Shown: positions 22,366 to 34,443, counted from the first letter of the stretch. The stretch: 34,492 nt of DNA from Octopus bimaculoides (GCF_001194135.2 NC_068981.1:47048174-47082665), one strand, 5' to 3'. Numbers and translations are program-made. Notes: generated by a model from the sequence alone, not told the origin.

Positions 22366-23289
22366 CCCATTAGCTTTCTCTTCCCATTGTCTTGTCAATT
22401 GACAGTTGGCAAGACAACACGTGAACACGGAAACTACCGAATTCAGTGTTTACATTTTTTCGAGTCAAAACGATAGAGTGCCCAAAAGCCAATCTTTAGT
22501 AAATTTTAAAATTTTATCATCTACAAATTACTGTAAAAATTATACTCTTTTTCTTTTTTGTTTTTTTTTTTCTCCCTGAGTATTCGAAAATATATAGACA
22601 TCCATTTTATTACAAAATCACTACCGTCTTCTCTGATTGGACAGGTTAATATAAAGAATTTCACACGTAAATAGAAAAAAAAAGCAAACTTGGTGGGTGT
22701 TAACAATTTTGCAGAAAACGAATATAACAAAAAAGAAAAAAAAAATTGGGCAAACGAATCTGGGCGAGGTGGGGAGAGGACTTTCGGAAAATTGACAAGA
22801 TCCGATTTTCTCGTCATAACATTCGGGAAAATGGATATATATTGATTTTATTTTACGGAATCCCACGTTTTTGGTTATGGAGGATCTGATACTTTTCAAA
22901 AAAATTTTGGAATGTCACATTTTCAAAATTTGAATTCCAACGCTCTCCCACTCTTCATTTTTCATTTTTCCGAAAATTATTTTTGCCAAAATACGCATAA
23001 AAAAACATGAAGATTCTGATTCTGAAAAAAATTGCTTGTAAAATTTCAATTTTTCAACATCTATATATATATATACACCCATCCCTCTCCCATTCCAATT
23101 CTACGGCCTTGACTTTCAAGCAGGCTATCCACATTCTAGAAATAACATTCAAATCACACAAAACTGCGATAACATAATGAAAGAAATATGTAATCTATCT
23201 AATTTCCCGCAGTAATGTGACAAAGTAATTCGTATGAAATTAAAGTGTTTTCTTTTTTCTTTTTTGTTGCTTCTAAACTTTAGTCGAAT

Positions 23290-23622
23290 TTTATTTTTCA
23301 ATCAATCTACGCGGGAAAATACGGTCACTTAAACGAGATAAAAGAAAAAAAAGACAGTCTAATCCATTTTCCATAAGATGGAGGGTGTCGTGGATGGAGC
23401 TACTCGGGATAGCGCACTTTTGTGCGTCTCCGACAAGCGCCAACCCATTCGCTAACACCTTGTCCAAAATCTTAAACTCTGTGTTTAGCAGAGTTCTGAG
23501 CCGAAAATTCTCTAGTACGTCTCCATTGTCGGGGTCCTTCCTCAGCAATGTCACCACACCTCTGCTAACAGCACTAGGACCTGTCCCGTTCTGTTGCCAG
23601 TTGCTGTAGATGTTTGCTAAGA
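23290..23622 (-). mobile_element. L1/Tx1-clade RT fragment followed by a T-rich UTR-like tail
   Basis: LANIYSNWQQNG...RGVVTLLRKDPDNGDVLENFRLRTLLNTEFKILDKVLAN...AQKCAIPSSSIHDTLHLM, homologous to 10775-11040; homology ends abruptly. Confidence 0.9.
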
Positions 23623-23624
23623 GT

Positions 23625-24860
23625 GAGAGAGATGATGAAGCTTACGGGTTTTGTAGTCAGGTGTATGTGTTCATGTGATTGATGTTTCACTTAGTGTATT
23701 TTTTTCTGTTTTGGTGCTTTTTGTAATTGTGCTTGTGGTGGAATCAGTGTTCATGGCTTTTGTTGCTGGGATTTGGGTGGGTGTGTCCGTGTTGTTAGTG
23801 TTGCTGATGAATTATGTGATTTTGTTCTCGTCCTGTCTTTTCCCTTTCAGCTTAGGACGTTTTTTTTCTTTTTTTTGGAACTACTTTTTCGCTTGTTTTC
23901 AACATAGGTCCTTCATGGGGGATTCAGTTCCGTCTTGCCGCATGATAAAACTTCTGAATCGCCTGTGTCAGGAATATATGGTGTATCTATGTCACCCGCC
24001 TGTAGGGATGGGCGGGTGTTGTTTGTGTCCAGTGTTTGCACTGGACCATTTAGTGTTTTTGAGCCAGTGCCTCTGTGAGAAACGTCACTTCCACACAGCC
24101 CTACTGTTACCCTCGTGTGAGGAAATCATTATCAGCCGAAATACCCTTCAAGCATTTTTCTTCTGGAATGTCTGGCGCATTGAAGATTTTCCTCGTCTTT
24201 AGCGACACACATCTGTATACGATGGTCCTCCCGGCCGTCTCTCCATGAAGCCTGAAGGAATAGCAAACTTGGTTTTTCTATCCCCTTTATCGAGGTATAT
24301 TTCTGCTTCACTCATGTACGCATATTTTCCTTCGAGGGAGATTTCCTCCTGCAATTGAGTTACTCCTGCAAAGAAGATACTTTTTATACTTACTGTTATT
24401 GATGGTGTTGATTATATCATTTTTTGCTGCCGGTGTTGTTCCTGTCGTTGTTGGTGTTAGTCGGAGTCAAAGCGACGCTATTGTTTTTGGTGAAGTTCAT
24501 ATCGTTGACCGAATTAGACAAGCTACTAGCTAACGGGGGGAAATCATTTCTATCGTAGCTGTACTGCTTATTTGTCTCTCCCGTCAAAGCTTTAATGTTG
24601 TTGTTGTTGTTGCTGCTGTAGCTGTTGCTGTTGCTACTGCTGCCGCTGTTGCTACTGCACGCTGTTGCTGTTGTTTCTGCTACAGTTGTTTTGTTGTTTT
24701 TCGCAAGGTTAGTGACAGAGGGGATGACGGCGGTGACGTCGATGCTGTTATTGTTGTTTGTGATTGGGATGGACATCTTGTTTTGCCTGGTTGCTGGTCT
24801 AGTAGTCACTGCAACAGGCGAAGAAATGTTACTCTCTCTCTCATTTTTGTTGCAAGACAC
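23625..24860 (-). mobile_element. Degraded L1/Tx1-type ORF1 with low-complexity N-terminus
   Basis: N/S/T-rich 147-codon ORF with NDFPPL; RTIVYRCVSLKTRKIF...EKCLKG...RG...VEVTF (TIVYR at 24226-24212) aligns with the ORF1 at 6443-6429; decayed knuckle (RRFRSF/SCGKT) near 23960-23930. Confidence 0.7.
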
Positions 24861-24899
24861 TCATCTGTCTCTCCCCCTCTCTCATTGATAACTAAAACT

Positions 24900-25445
24900 C
24901 CTTCGAAACTATTTGTTACTGCCAGAGAGAATACAAGAGATGGCATGAGATTATATCAAGGATTGTCTATTGGACACTTTATAACACATATAGACGTGAT
25001 AGAGTCAAATACTACGAATGTAAACCTGGAGGCGTGGGATGTTATGATTCAGTGCGACCATGAGATAGAGAATAGGAAACCACACAGTTTTAATTAAGAA
25101 AGAAAGCAAACGACACTGGATCGTAGATATAGCATGCCCAGCTGATAACAAGGCATGCGATAAGGAAGAAAGAAAAGTCGATAGATATAACATGTTAGCT
25201 TGGGAGGTTAAGCAGCTGTGTTCGATGAAAAAGGTGGTAGTAGCTACAATAATTGTTGGAAATGTGGGAACAATAAGTAAATTTCTTGGGAAGTACATGG
25301 AAGAAAAAAGGGGCTGCAGAAAAGGGCACTGTTTGGCAACGCTCGAATATTCCGGATGTTACTCGAACAATAAGGGGTGTTTCCTTAGTAGTGAACAGCT
25401 GGCACCGTAGTACATCTCCAGTGTTAGAAACTGCAAAAACAGTAA
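24900..25445 (+). mobile_element. 3' end of an R4/Dong-type element (RLE domain plus 3' UTR)
   Basis: EYKRWHEIISRIVYW; WDVMIQCDHEIENRKPH; WIVDIACPADNKACDKEERKVDRYNMLAWEVKQL; LQKRALFGNARIFRMLLEQ*; 3' UTR shared with 20290-20370. Confidence 0.9.
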
Positions 25446-25453
25446 ATAAGAAC

Positions 25454-25518
<65 letters not shown>

Positions 25519-25585
25519 CAGCAGCAGCAATGATAATAATAATAAAATCAACAAGAACAGCAAGAATAACAATACAAATGTGTGA
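25454..25585. repeat. (AGT)n/(AGC)n/(AAT)n tail
   Basis: Directly follows the element 3' UTR. Confidence 0.95.
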
Positions 25586-26669
25586 AATAAAATCATTATA
25601 AACCTCACACAATAGATTCAGTTTAATATTCTTTCAATTTTATAGAATATAGGTAATAAACGACTTCAAAATCGTGAGCATTTTAATGTTTTCCATATGG
25701 AAAATTTGACAAAACTTTATTTCAAACAAGGAAACGAAGCATGCTGAGACATTCTTGAAATAATTGCAGTTTGCTGTCCATTTATACAATGGCTTTCAGA
25801 TGGGAATTATAATTCAGATTTATATAATCGTGAAATATATATTTGAATAATCCATTATCTTGCAGAAAAAGAAAAAAAAGAACAAATTACTTTTCTGAAA
25901 TGTGGCGTGAATCAAAATCACCTGGCTCGATGGAAAAATAATATTCACCTTTATTTTTTTAAATCTTTGATTGCGTGGAGATATAATCGTTGAATAACAC
26001 TCAGTTCCCTTTAACTAAATATAGAATTTGACAACATATACCATCAAAAATATATGATTTTTATTTGAAAATTCATGCAATTATTTAATAGATACACGCA
26101 AACTATCAGCATTGGGTTGAATATATTTTAGTTCTAACTAACAAACATAGATCTTTCTTAAATATTACAAATTATTGGTTGTAGTAATATTATGTTGTTT
26201 CTTAGAAATTTCCAGTATGTCTGTGAAACTTTAAAAATGAACAAATTTGTATTTATTATCCATTAGCAAGCATAATTAGATCATCTTTAAGAAGAATCTA
26301 GTAAGAGTATTGTTAACCAAAATAAGGAGACAAAAGAAAGGAAAAGAAAAGGAAGAAAATATATGAATTATATCACAGGTTACCAGAAGTAGTTTTGAAG
26401 GGATTTATATAACTAACACCGTGCAATATTACGATTACTTCTATAAAAGTATTTTAAAATTCATAGTGGCCTCTCTCACCATGTATATATATGCACACAT
26501 TATGCATATTCGGGTACAGGATGTCACCCAATGTAAATAACATGAAGTACGAAACCATACGAGTTAAATACGTGAACAACGCGGGAAAAAATATACAAAA
26601 CAGAACACGTAACACAAAGAACGAGCCTTCATCATTTGTCGGCTCTCTATCTATTCCTCATTCCGAGCA

Positions 26670-27860
26670 TTCAACGGCAATATGAGTCTTCGAAGACAAT
26701 TGCTCCCTTCCTTTGCTAACCTAGTCATGCGATACCTAGAAATTAGTCTTTATCTTAATGTTCTAGAAAAATACGGCAACCCATTCTCCCTCTAGAAAAT
26801 AACTGGAAGAGACACCCGAATGATTGTTTCATTCTTTGGCATCAAAGTATAGAGAGACTTAAAGAATTTCAAGCACTTATAAATGGACTTGACGTGAACA
26901 TTCAATTCACGATGGAATATAGCCATCAACAAATTCCCTTCCTCCACATCCTTATTAAGAAATCTAACAGATATATACTATAAGCCTACTGACTCCAAGC
27001 AATATCTACCGTTCAATACATGTCACCCCAGACAAACCAAAATGAATATCCCCCTTGAACCTAGCATAAAGGATATGTACTATAGCTTCTAATGCAAGCA
27101 ACAGGGACACATGGCAACATTAACTAAATGATACACTTATCACCTGGATGTACACACCTTCACTAATTGACATATACTTTCAACGTGCCCTACAACTCAA
27201 CATCCACGAACTCAGACATTCCAAATTAAAGAAGGATTTACAGCCAACAGCTCTACCATACACCTCCACATATAACGCTGTTAACAAGGAAGAGCCTTCG
27301 ACACCATCCTTCAAAACATTCTCCTGGTAAAAAAGGATCACAGAATGTACTTAACCCTCCAAATGCACACATTTTAAGAAGCAACAGACAGCCCAAATCT
27401 ATAAAAATTCTCCTAACATAAGCCCGAATACGTTAACTGAAGCCGTTAGTAAAAAAAATGCGGAAGACTCAACTGTGCGATATGCATCAATTTAATTCAG
27501 GAATCAGAGTTCTCCTTCAAACAGGGACAACGTTTCACAGTGAAAAGCAGCTTTACATGTGCTTCGGAGAACCTCATATACGCACTAACCTGCTCTGGGT
27601 GTCAAGAGCAATACATAGGCAAAAAAGAAATAAAAAAGAAAAACAGTCTACGTCAAAGGATGGCTCTGCACAGATCCCAGATCAAAATTCAAAAAAACCC
27701 ATTCCGCCAACACATCGACATTAGCACCAATAGCATAAATCCAAGCTTCAGTATTTTTCCCCCTCTATCACTTCAGGTACGATACAACCTGTAGCCAACG
27801 TATTAGTAAAATGATTTTCTTTATCACAAAATACAGACCCCTTATGAACGCATCTACAAC
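26670..27860 (+). mobile_element. Degraded Penelope-like element: RT thumb region, Cys linker and GIY-YIG endonuclease
   Basis: PSFANLVMRYLE (26706-26741); WKRHPNDCFILW (26804-26839, decayed YxDD); IQFTME..IPFL; YYKPTDSKQYLPF..CHP; CGRLNCAIC (27459-27485) in frame with FTCASENLIYALTCSGCQEQYIG (to 27620) and LRQRMALH. Confidence 0.9.
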
Positions 27861-28274
27861 AAACGACATATCCACCACGATCTTAGAATAACACACACGT
27901 AAATACTGAAAATGATACATTCAAAAGAGGATCCCAAGAATTTATAAAAAACAGTCCCAATCACAGCCAGAATTCACAACGAGCCACTTTTAGGTCACTT
28001 GAAAATTTAACAACCTACTACTATCATACCACCACGCATTCCTTTATTATCTTTCTCTTCTTCTCCTTCTGCTACTTCTTCGTCTACTTCCTCTTCGTCA
28101 CATCCTTCCTTACTTTACTACTACTGCTGTTTAGAATAACACCTACGCAAACATTATAACCAATACATTCTAGAGAGACATCTCAAGAATTCAATTACTA
28201 CTACCATCCACAACAAGTCACTTTCAGAGCATTTGACCATTTAACATCCTACTACTATCATAGCACTCCCGCAT

Positions 28275-28730
28275 TCTTCTTCTTCTTCTTCTTCTTCTTC
28301 TTCTTCTTCTTCTTCTTCTTCTTCTCCTTCTTCTTCTTCTTCTTCTCCATCTTCTTCTTCTCCNNNNNNNNNNNNNNNNNNNNNNNNNNNNNNNNNNNNN
28401 NNNNNNNNNNNNNNNNNNNNNNNNNNNNNNNNNNNNNNNNNNNNNNNNNNNNNNNNNNNNNNNNNNNNNNNNNNNNNNNNNNNNNNNNNNNNNNNNNNNN
28501 NNNNNNNNNNNNNNNNNNNNNNNNNNNNNNNNNNNNNNNNNNNNNNNNNNNNNNNNNNNNNNNNNNNNNNNNNNNNNNNNNNNNNNNNNNNNNNNNNNNN
28601 NNNNNNNNNNNNNNNNNNNNNNNNNNNNNNNNNNNTTCTTCTTCTTCTTCTTCTTCTCCATCTTCTTCTTCTCCCCTCCTCCATCTTCTTCTTATCCCCT
28701 CCTCCATCTTCTCCCCTCCTCCTTCTCCTC
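28275..28730. repeat. (CTT)n and CT-rich repeat spanning a gap
   Basis: Direct inspection. Confidence 0.95.
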
Positions 28731-28907
28731 CCCTACACCTTCCCCTCTTTCTTCTTCTCTGCCAATAATTCGCAATGACCTCGAAGCCATAGGAATAAGC
28801 GAGAGACAGAAACAGGCAGAAACAAGGAAGATGCCCCTTTTATTTGAATACCATCAAATATTCCTTTAAAAATCTTTTCATTTAATTTTTCTAAAATTTA
28901 ATTGTTT

Positions 28908-28949
28908 TTACAGTTGAACACGTCTCAATGACCGAAACCGGTACTGTAA
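28908..28949 (+). ncRNA. Degenerate minimal type-I hammerhead ribozyme fold (Penelope pLTR type)
   Basis: Stem I TTACAG/CTGTAA, core TTGAACA (consensus CTGANGA), stem II GTC-TCAAT-GAC, GAAA, palindromic ACCGGT stem III, GUA triplet. Confidence 0.6.
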
Positions 28950-29008
28950 TATTTTTATAAAATTATTTTAGCATTTTCTACCTTGACTTTTTTCAATATA
29001 TATATATA

Positions 29009-29799
29009 CTAGCTGTTTTTCCCGGTTTCACTCGGGCAGTGTGGTGGATTTGGTTAAAGGCTATTTCCTATGTATTTTGAATAATAAAAAGAACTAAAAA
29101 TAAAAATAAAAATTAAAATTCCAAAAACAAAAAAAAAGTAGGAACAACCCCAAAACAATACGATGCTAACGATTTTGCGGGTCGATATTGTAAAACTAAC
29201 TTCACGTGTGTACCCATAGCCCCATGTAGTCACGGAACCTTACTTGTGGTATAACCTCGCCTAAAAATAAAAATATATGGTAGTGCGGTTGTTGTATTGA
29301 CGACACAAGAATGTTAATCGAAAGTGTTCAAGATCAATCATAGGTTGGACGTTCATGTACACTGATTAGAATTGTGAATTTCAATTATTGAAAACGCGTT
29401 CCCGGATGGATACAATTTTGCAAAGTCCGTTTGTCTCAATATGGAAAAGCTGTTTGAATGACGACGTTTGAAGACATTTGTAAGTGAAGTTAAAAAAAAA
29501 GACATAGTAATTAGAAAGAGCGTAAGCTATAGCTTTCTTTTTTTAACGCACAAAAATTGAAATCNNNNNNNNNNNNNNNNNNNNNNNNNNNNNNNNNNNN
29601 NNNNNNNNNNNNNNNNNNNNNNNNNNNNNNNNNNNNNNNNNNNNNNNNNNNNNNNNNNNNNNNNNNNNNNNNNNNNNNNNNNNNNNNNNNNNNNNNNNNN
29701 NNNNNNNNNNNNNNNNNNNNNNNNNNNNNNNNNNNNNNNNNNNNNNNNNNNNNNNNNNNNNNNNNNNNNNNNNNNNNNNNNNNNNNNNNNNNNNNNNNN

Positions 29800-29837
<38 letters not shown>

Positions 29838-29845
29838 TTATTAGA
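29009..29845 (-). mobile_element. Non-autonomous Helitron with both termini
   Basis: Minus strand begins A|TCTAATAAATAAATATATA (TC at 29845-29844) and ends CCCGAGTGAAACCGGG hairpin (29036-29021), 8-nt spacer, CTAG (29012-29009)|T; AT target, no TSD; interior includes a gap. Confidence 0.7.
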
Positions 29846-30060
29846 TTTTCATGATTCTTGATGTGAACTCATGTGTTGAAACAGATATTGTTGTATTTGG
29901 GGATTTAGCCATTGAAAACACACGCACTGTTTATTTAGTGTTCGCTTGCTTCAGCTTTATTTCATATTAATTATATTTCGGCCTGACTTCTTTTGTCACA
30001 CTTCTGTGACCTCATCAGTAGTCTTTTGCTTTCTTCCTTCGTTTTTTGTGTCTCTCTTTC
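29846..30060. mobile_element. Unclassified interspersed repeat, related to 30920-31260
   Basis: GATTCTTGATGTGAACTCATGTGTTGAAACAGATATTGTTGTATTTGG (about 29854-29901) vs GATTCCTGATGTGAAGTCGTGTGTTGAAACAGATGTTGTTGCATTTGG (about 30939-30986); both copies also carry the GTCACA-GAAG-TGTGAC hairpin motif. Confidence 0.6.
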
Positions 30061-30829
30061 CTAACGATTTACGATTTTGTGCTCCCGCTGTATGTCTTTA
30101 TTTGGCATGCGTATATTCCAATGTGTGTCTATATTTGGTGTGTGAGGGAATCTGACTGATACCTGCATTTTCAGTATCCCCTGTTTTTTCACGTTCATTT
30201 GATTTTATTATAATCATCTTATCTATGTCCATACCTATTTCTATTGTATTAATTTATTGTCTTTTGCTTATGCATTTAATTACTTCATTTCATTTATTTA
30301 TCGATCTATTGCATTGTTGTCATATTATTGTTAGTTTATGTGGATCTTACTCTGTCATCAGGTTGTGGTGAGGTGTGTGTGCAAGTATTAATGTCAGTTA
30401 GGCATCTAAACCACTGTAGAAACGTGTTTTCATTGATTTTTCATATAGCAGATATCATCCGTCATTCGTACACCAGGAAAATATTTCATTTACGGAACAA
30501 AGCTGTTTTCAAAAATCTTGAGGATCTTGGATATACATGATAGCATATAATGGTGACTGAATTTGGTAGCTCGAGCGTGGCGTGTGTGTACCAGTGTATG
30601 TGTACTTATAAAGCACATATGCTAATATGCGAGCCAATTTTCGGTTAAGGGAACAGAAATGAAGGATATGAAACGGGTAGGATTATTAAATAAGAAAAGG
30701 ATATCAACAAAAGCTTTGCTATCATAATCCAAACTAAACGAAAAAAATATACACAATTACACATTGAGATGTTTAGATATATACATGCATATTACCTCTT
30801 TGAGAGATTTCAGAAGTAGCTTTTTCGCT

Positions 30830-30857
30830 TATACACACACACACACACCCACACACC

Positions 30858-30918
<61 letters not shown>
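30830..30918. repeat. (CA)n degenerate microsatellite
   Basis: Direct inspection. Confidence 0.95.
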
Positions 30919-30919
<1 letters not shown>

Positions 30920-31063
30920 TTCGAATTTGTGTTGCAAGATTCCTGATGTGAAGTCGTGTGTTGAAACAGATGTTGTTGCATTTGGTGATGGTCATTTGTT
31001 TTTCCTAACAAACACGCATTATATGTTCTCCACTCGTTTATTACGGTAATTCATATCCATTGG

Positions 31064-31213
31064 TAATTCATATCCATTGTCCGGAAATCTTTCGCCAAAC
31101 ATCTGCGACCTCAGCGGAAATGAGCAGAGCAAGAGCACACAGGAAGACGGAAAGTGTTCCTGAGGAGGTCACAGAAGTGTGACGGAAGATTTCCGGGTAA
31201 TGGGCATGAGTTA
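31064..31213. repeat. 49-bp imperfect inverted repeat with 52-nt spacer
   Basis: 31064-31112 vs 31165-31213: 39/49 Watson-Crick matches; the inner 32 bp match 27/32. Preceded by a 17-bp tandem duplication (31045-31061, 31062-31078). Confidence 0.85.
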
Positions 31214-31291
31214 GAATACGGCAGTAATAATGAAGACTGTATATATACAGCGTGCGCTTATTAGGCAAAAAAATTATCATATCGAAATACA

Positions 31292-31292
<1 letters not shown>

Positions 31293-31337
<45 letters not shown>

Positions 31338-31369
31338 ATAGCGCGCATCCATTTCCAACTAAGTTTTAT

Positions 31370-31420
<51 letters not shown>
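31293..31420. repeat. (GT)n, (CA)n and (TA)n microsatellites
   Basis: Direct inspection. Confidence 0.93.
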
Positions 31421-31817
31421 GTAGAAGTAGCAGAGTGACTCAAACTATACACAAANNNNNNNNNNNNNNNNNNNNNNNNNNNNNNNNNNNNNNNNNNNNN
31501 NNNNNNNNNNNNNNNNNNNNNNNNNNNNNNNNNNNNNNNNNNNNNNNNNNNNNNNNNNNNNNNNNNNNNNNNNNNNNNNNNNNNNNNNNNNNNNNNNNNN
31601 NNNNNNNNNNNNNNNNNNNNNNNNNNNNNNNNNNNNNNNNNNNNNNNNNNNNNNNNNNNNNNNNNNNNNNNNNNNNNNNNNNNNNNNNNNNNNNNNNNNN
31701 NNNNNNNNNNNNNNNNNNNNNNNNNNNNNNNNNNNNNNNNNNNNNNNNNNNNNNNNNNNNNNNNNNNNNNNNNNNNNNNNNNNNNNNNNNNNNNNNNNNN
31801 NNNNNNNNNNNNNNNNN

Positions 31818-31910
31818 AGAAGAAGAAAAAAGAAGAAAAAGAAAGAAGAAGAAGAAGGGGGAGGAGGAGGAGGTAGACGAGGAGAAGCAGAAGAAAAAGA
31901 AGAAGAAGAA

Positions 31911-31941
<31 letters not shown>

Positions 31942-31953
31942 AAGAAGAAGAAG

Positions 31954-31983
<30 letters not shown>
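31818..31983. repeat. (GAA)n microsatellite
   Basis: Direct inspection. Confidence 0.96.
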
Positions 31984-31984
<1 letters not shown>

Positions 31985-33923
31985 CATAGCACAAAAATTG
32001 CAAACTGTAAAATGTCGAATTATCCATGCGGGTAAGACAAGCATTTGAACATATAAAGCCTAAAAAGTGGTGTAATAATCAGAGAACATGCATATTGTGA
32101 GTCATGTGACTTACATAAAAGTTTATGAATATTAAATTACAGTTCACATAACAAAACAACGTAAAAAATTGTAATGTCTAATTCTTTCAAAATAGTATAA
32201 ACGGATGACATCTTTATGAACTTATCGATATTTCACACTCTTTACATATAAATCTGTGGACACTTATTCATACATGAAACTCCTGCACATTGAAAAGGTG
32301 ACACCTGAAAACTGATGGCATTTCTGCCTTTTACCAAGGAAAAGGAATACATTATTTCCTTGCACATTCCCTTTATGATATTCGTTCATGGTGCGAATGC
32401 TTTGTAGCTTAAAGGATGTGTAGTATTTCTATATTCAATTATATATGCTTCGAGACATCTATGTGCTTAAAAGACATTGGCATTAAGCAACTGTATAGGG
32501 AATGATCACTTCATCTTCATATGAAATCGCATCCCTTATATCTAACAGTGAGAATATATCTGTTAACTTCAACAAGTATGTCTTCTATATTGAACTTGAG
32601 TATTAGGCAAAATACTAAGAAATGGTAAAACTATTTCTAGAAAGCATATTTTTCCAGAACTATACTGCTTAACATTACTTACAAAGTAAATGCATTATTG
32701 ACAAGGAGTTGCATCATGATTATACATTATTCTCCCTTAAAATATAGGGTTTACATTCCAAGTAATAAAGATCAGATATATCAGGGTTGTCTGGAATTGA
32801 GTATGCTTGAGCAACAACAATGCATTCGATTACACATATATCTATCACAAATAAAATAATATGTTGAAATCAGAATGGTGTTGTGTTGATACTTGCTGTC
32901 ATTGTCTCCGTTAGATACAATAGAATTATGGAAACCTATTTAAACAAATTTGCGATTTTCTATTTATCATATTTGTTGAGCAAAATTGATCTTACAAGCA
33001 GAGAAAAAAGATTAGCTTTTCTTAAGTCACCGATGAACGCTAATCTCAAATTCATAGTTTAACCATTTTAAATCCTCATCATATACATATCGATTTCAAG
33101 TTTGTTTATCTTGGTTCACAATAGAAAATATAACATATCAGAGTGTTAAGAACCAGGAATATGAGTGAGTCACGTAATCTAAGCCTCTTGGATTTAAAGT
33201 AATATTTCGTACACAACTCAAAACCACAGAGTACACAATATGGCCGCCACATAGGTATCAATGTGAAGGAAGATATGAAGAAAGGTCAATACTTAAATCT
33301 ATCGCTGTAAAAATACATTTATCAAAACAAATCATAGAGAGAAGAAATACGAAAGATTCCAACGTAAGTTAAAATTACTACGTTAAAGGAATACAGCACG
33401 ACAACATGAAGCATTGAAGCAGGCGATTCTTTCTATTCCTGGCACAAATTTTGCATCATATTTTATAAATGGTATTATAGTATACAACTCAACCGATGTA
33501 TTATTTCTGAGCACAATTCCCAGAATCATTTTTGTTGAAAGGAATATAGTTTTGCACAAGCGTCCTTGAAATACAAAATTTTATTTACATACATATACAC
33601 TTACGTAAAAATAATGTATATATGATTTCTGAGAGATAGATAGAGAGAGCGGGGCTAGAGAATGTTCAATTTTCTTTATTACATTGAAAGTTTGGCACAC
33701 GAATACACACACATATTCATAAATTGAGAGCTTGGTGTATGGATGTGTATGTACATATATTTATACATTTATACATATATATGAATATACACACAATCTT
33801 ACATATGAGTGTGTATATTAATATTAAAATATATATCTAGGTATATAGGTATTCATATATATAAATATATATATATATAGAAAACTTATATATGAGTGTA
33901 TATACGCGTGTAAGTATATTCTA

Positions 33924-33924
<1 letters not shown>

Positions 33925-33970
<46 letters not shown>
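33925..33970. repeat. (GA)n microsatellite
   Basis: Direct inspection. Confidence 0.97.
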
Positions 33971-33975
<5 letters not shown>

Positions 33976-34399
33976 GTGTCTTTAATGTAATGCCTAGAAA
34001 GAAATACGAGATGTGTAAGTAATTTCATTATGTGTAGCTTTGCGACATTTCCATCCTGTATTTGACATAAATCTTCACTCAATTTTCGTGTAGGAAATCT
34101 AATTTTCCAAAATTCCATTTATTTAGCGTGGAAATTATAATTGGTTGCAATATCAAAGTGTCCGTATGAGTTGCACCAGGTGTACTAATGTATCGATTTA
34201 ATATTTCACTTTAAGATTGTGAAATCATAGAAAGCAAGAAATTCACGATAAAATATGTCATTGATAACTATTAATCTTTTAAATCAGGTTGTGTGGACCT
34301 TGCATATAACATCAGTTTCAATCATCAGGTCAAACAAACCAAGACACACTTACAGATATTTAATATGAATGCATATACGTGTATGTGCTTGTCTGTGTT

Positions 34400-34443
34400 T
34401 CTGTGTGTGTGTGTGTGAGTGTGCATGCGTATGTATATATATG

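Noticed and set aside
24417-24860. 147-aa ORF as an independent or domesticated gene
   Set aside because: Low-complexity N-terminus of the LINE ORF1; AAC/AGC repeats are stop-free in this frame, so openness is not evidence of selection.
30399-30440. GAAAC-containing segment resembling the 3' half of a hammerhead
   Set aside because: No CTGANGA or pairable stems upstream in this copy.
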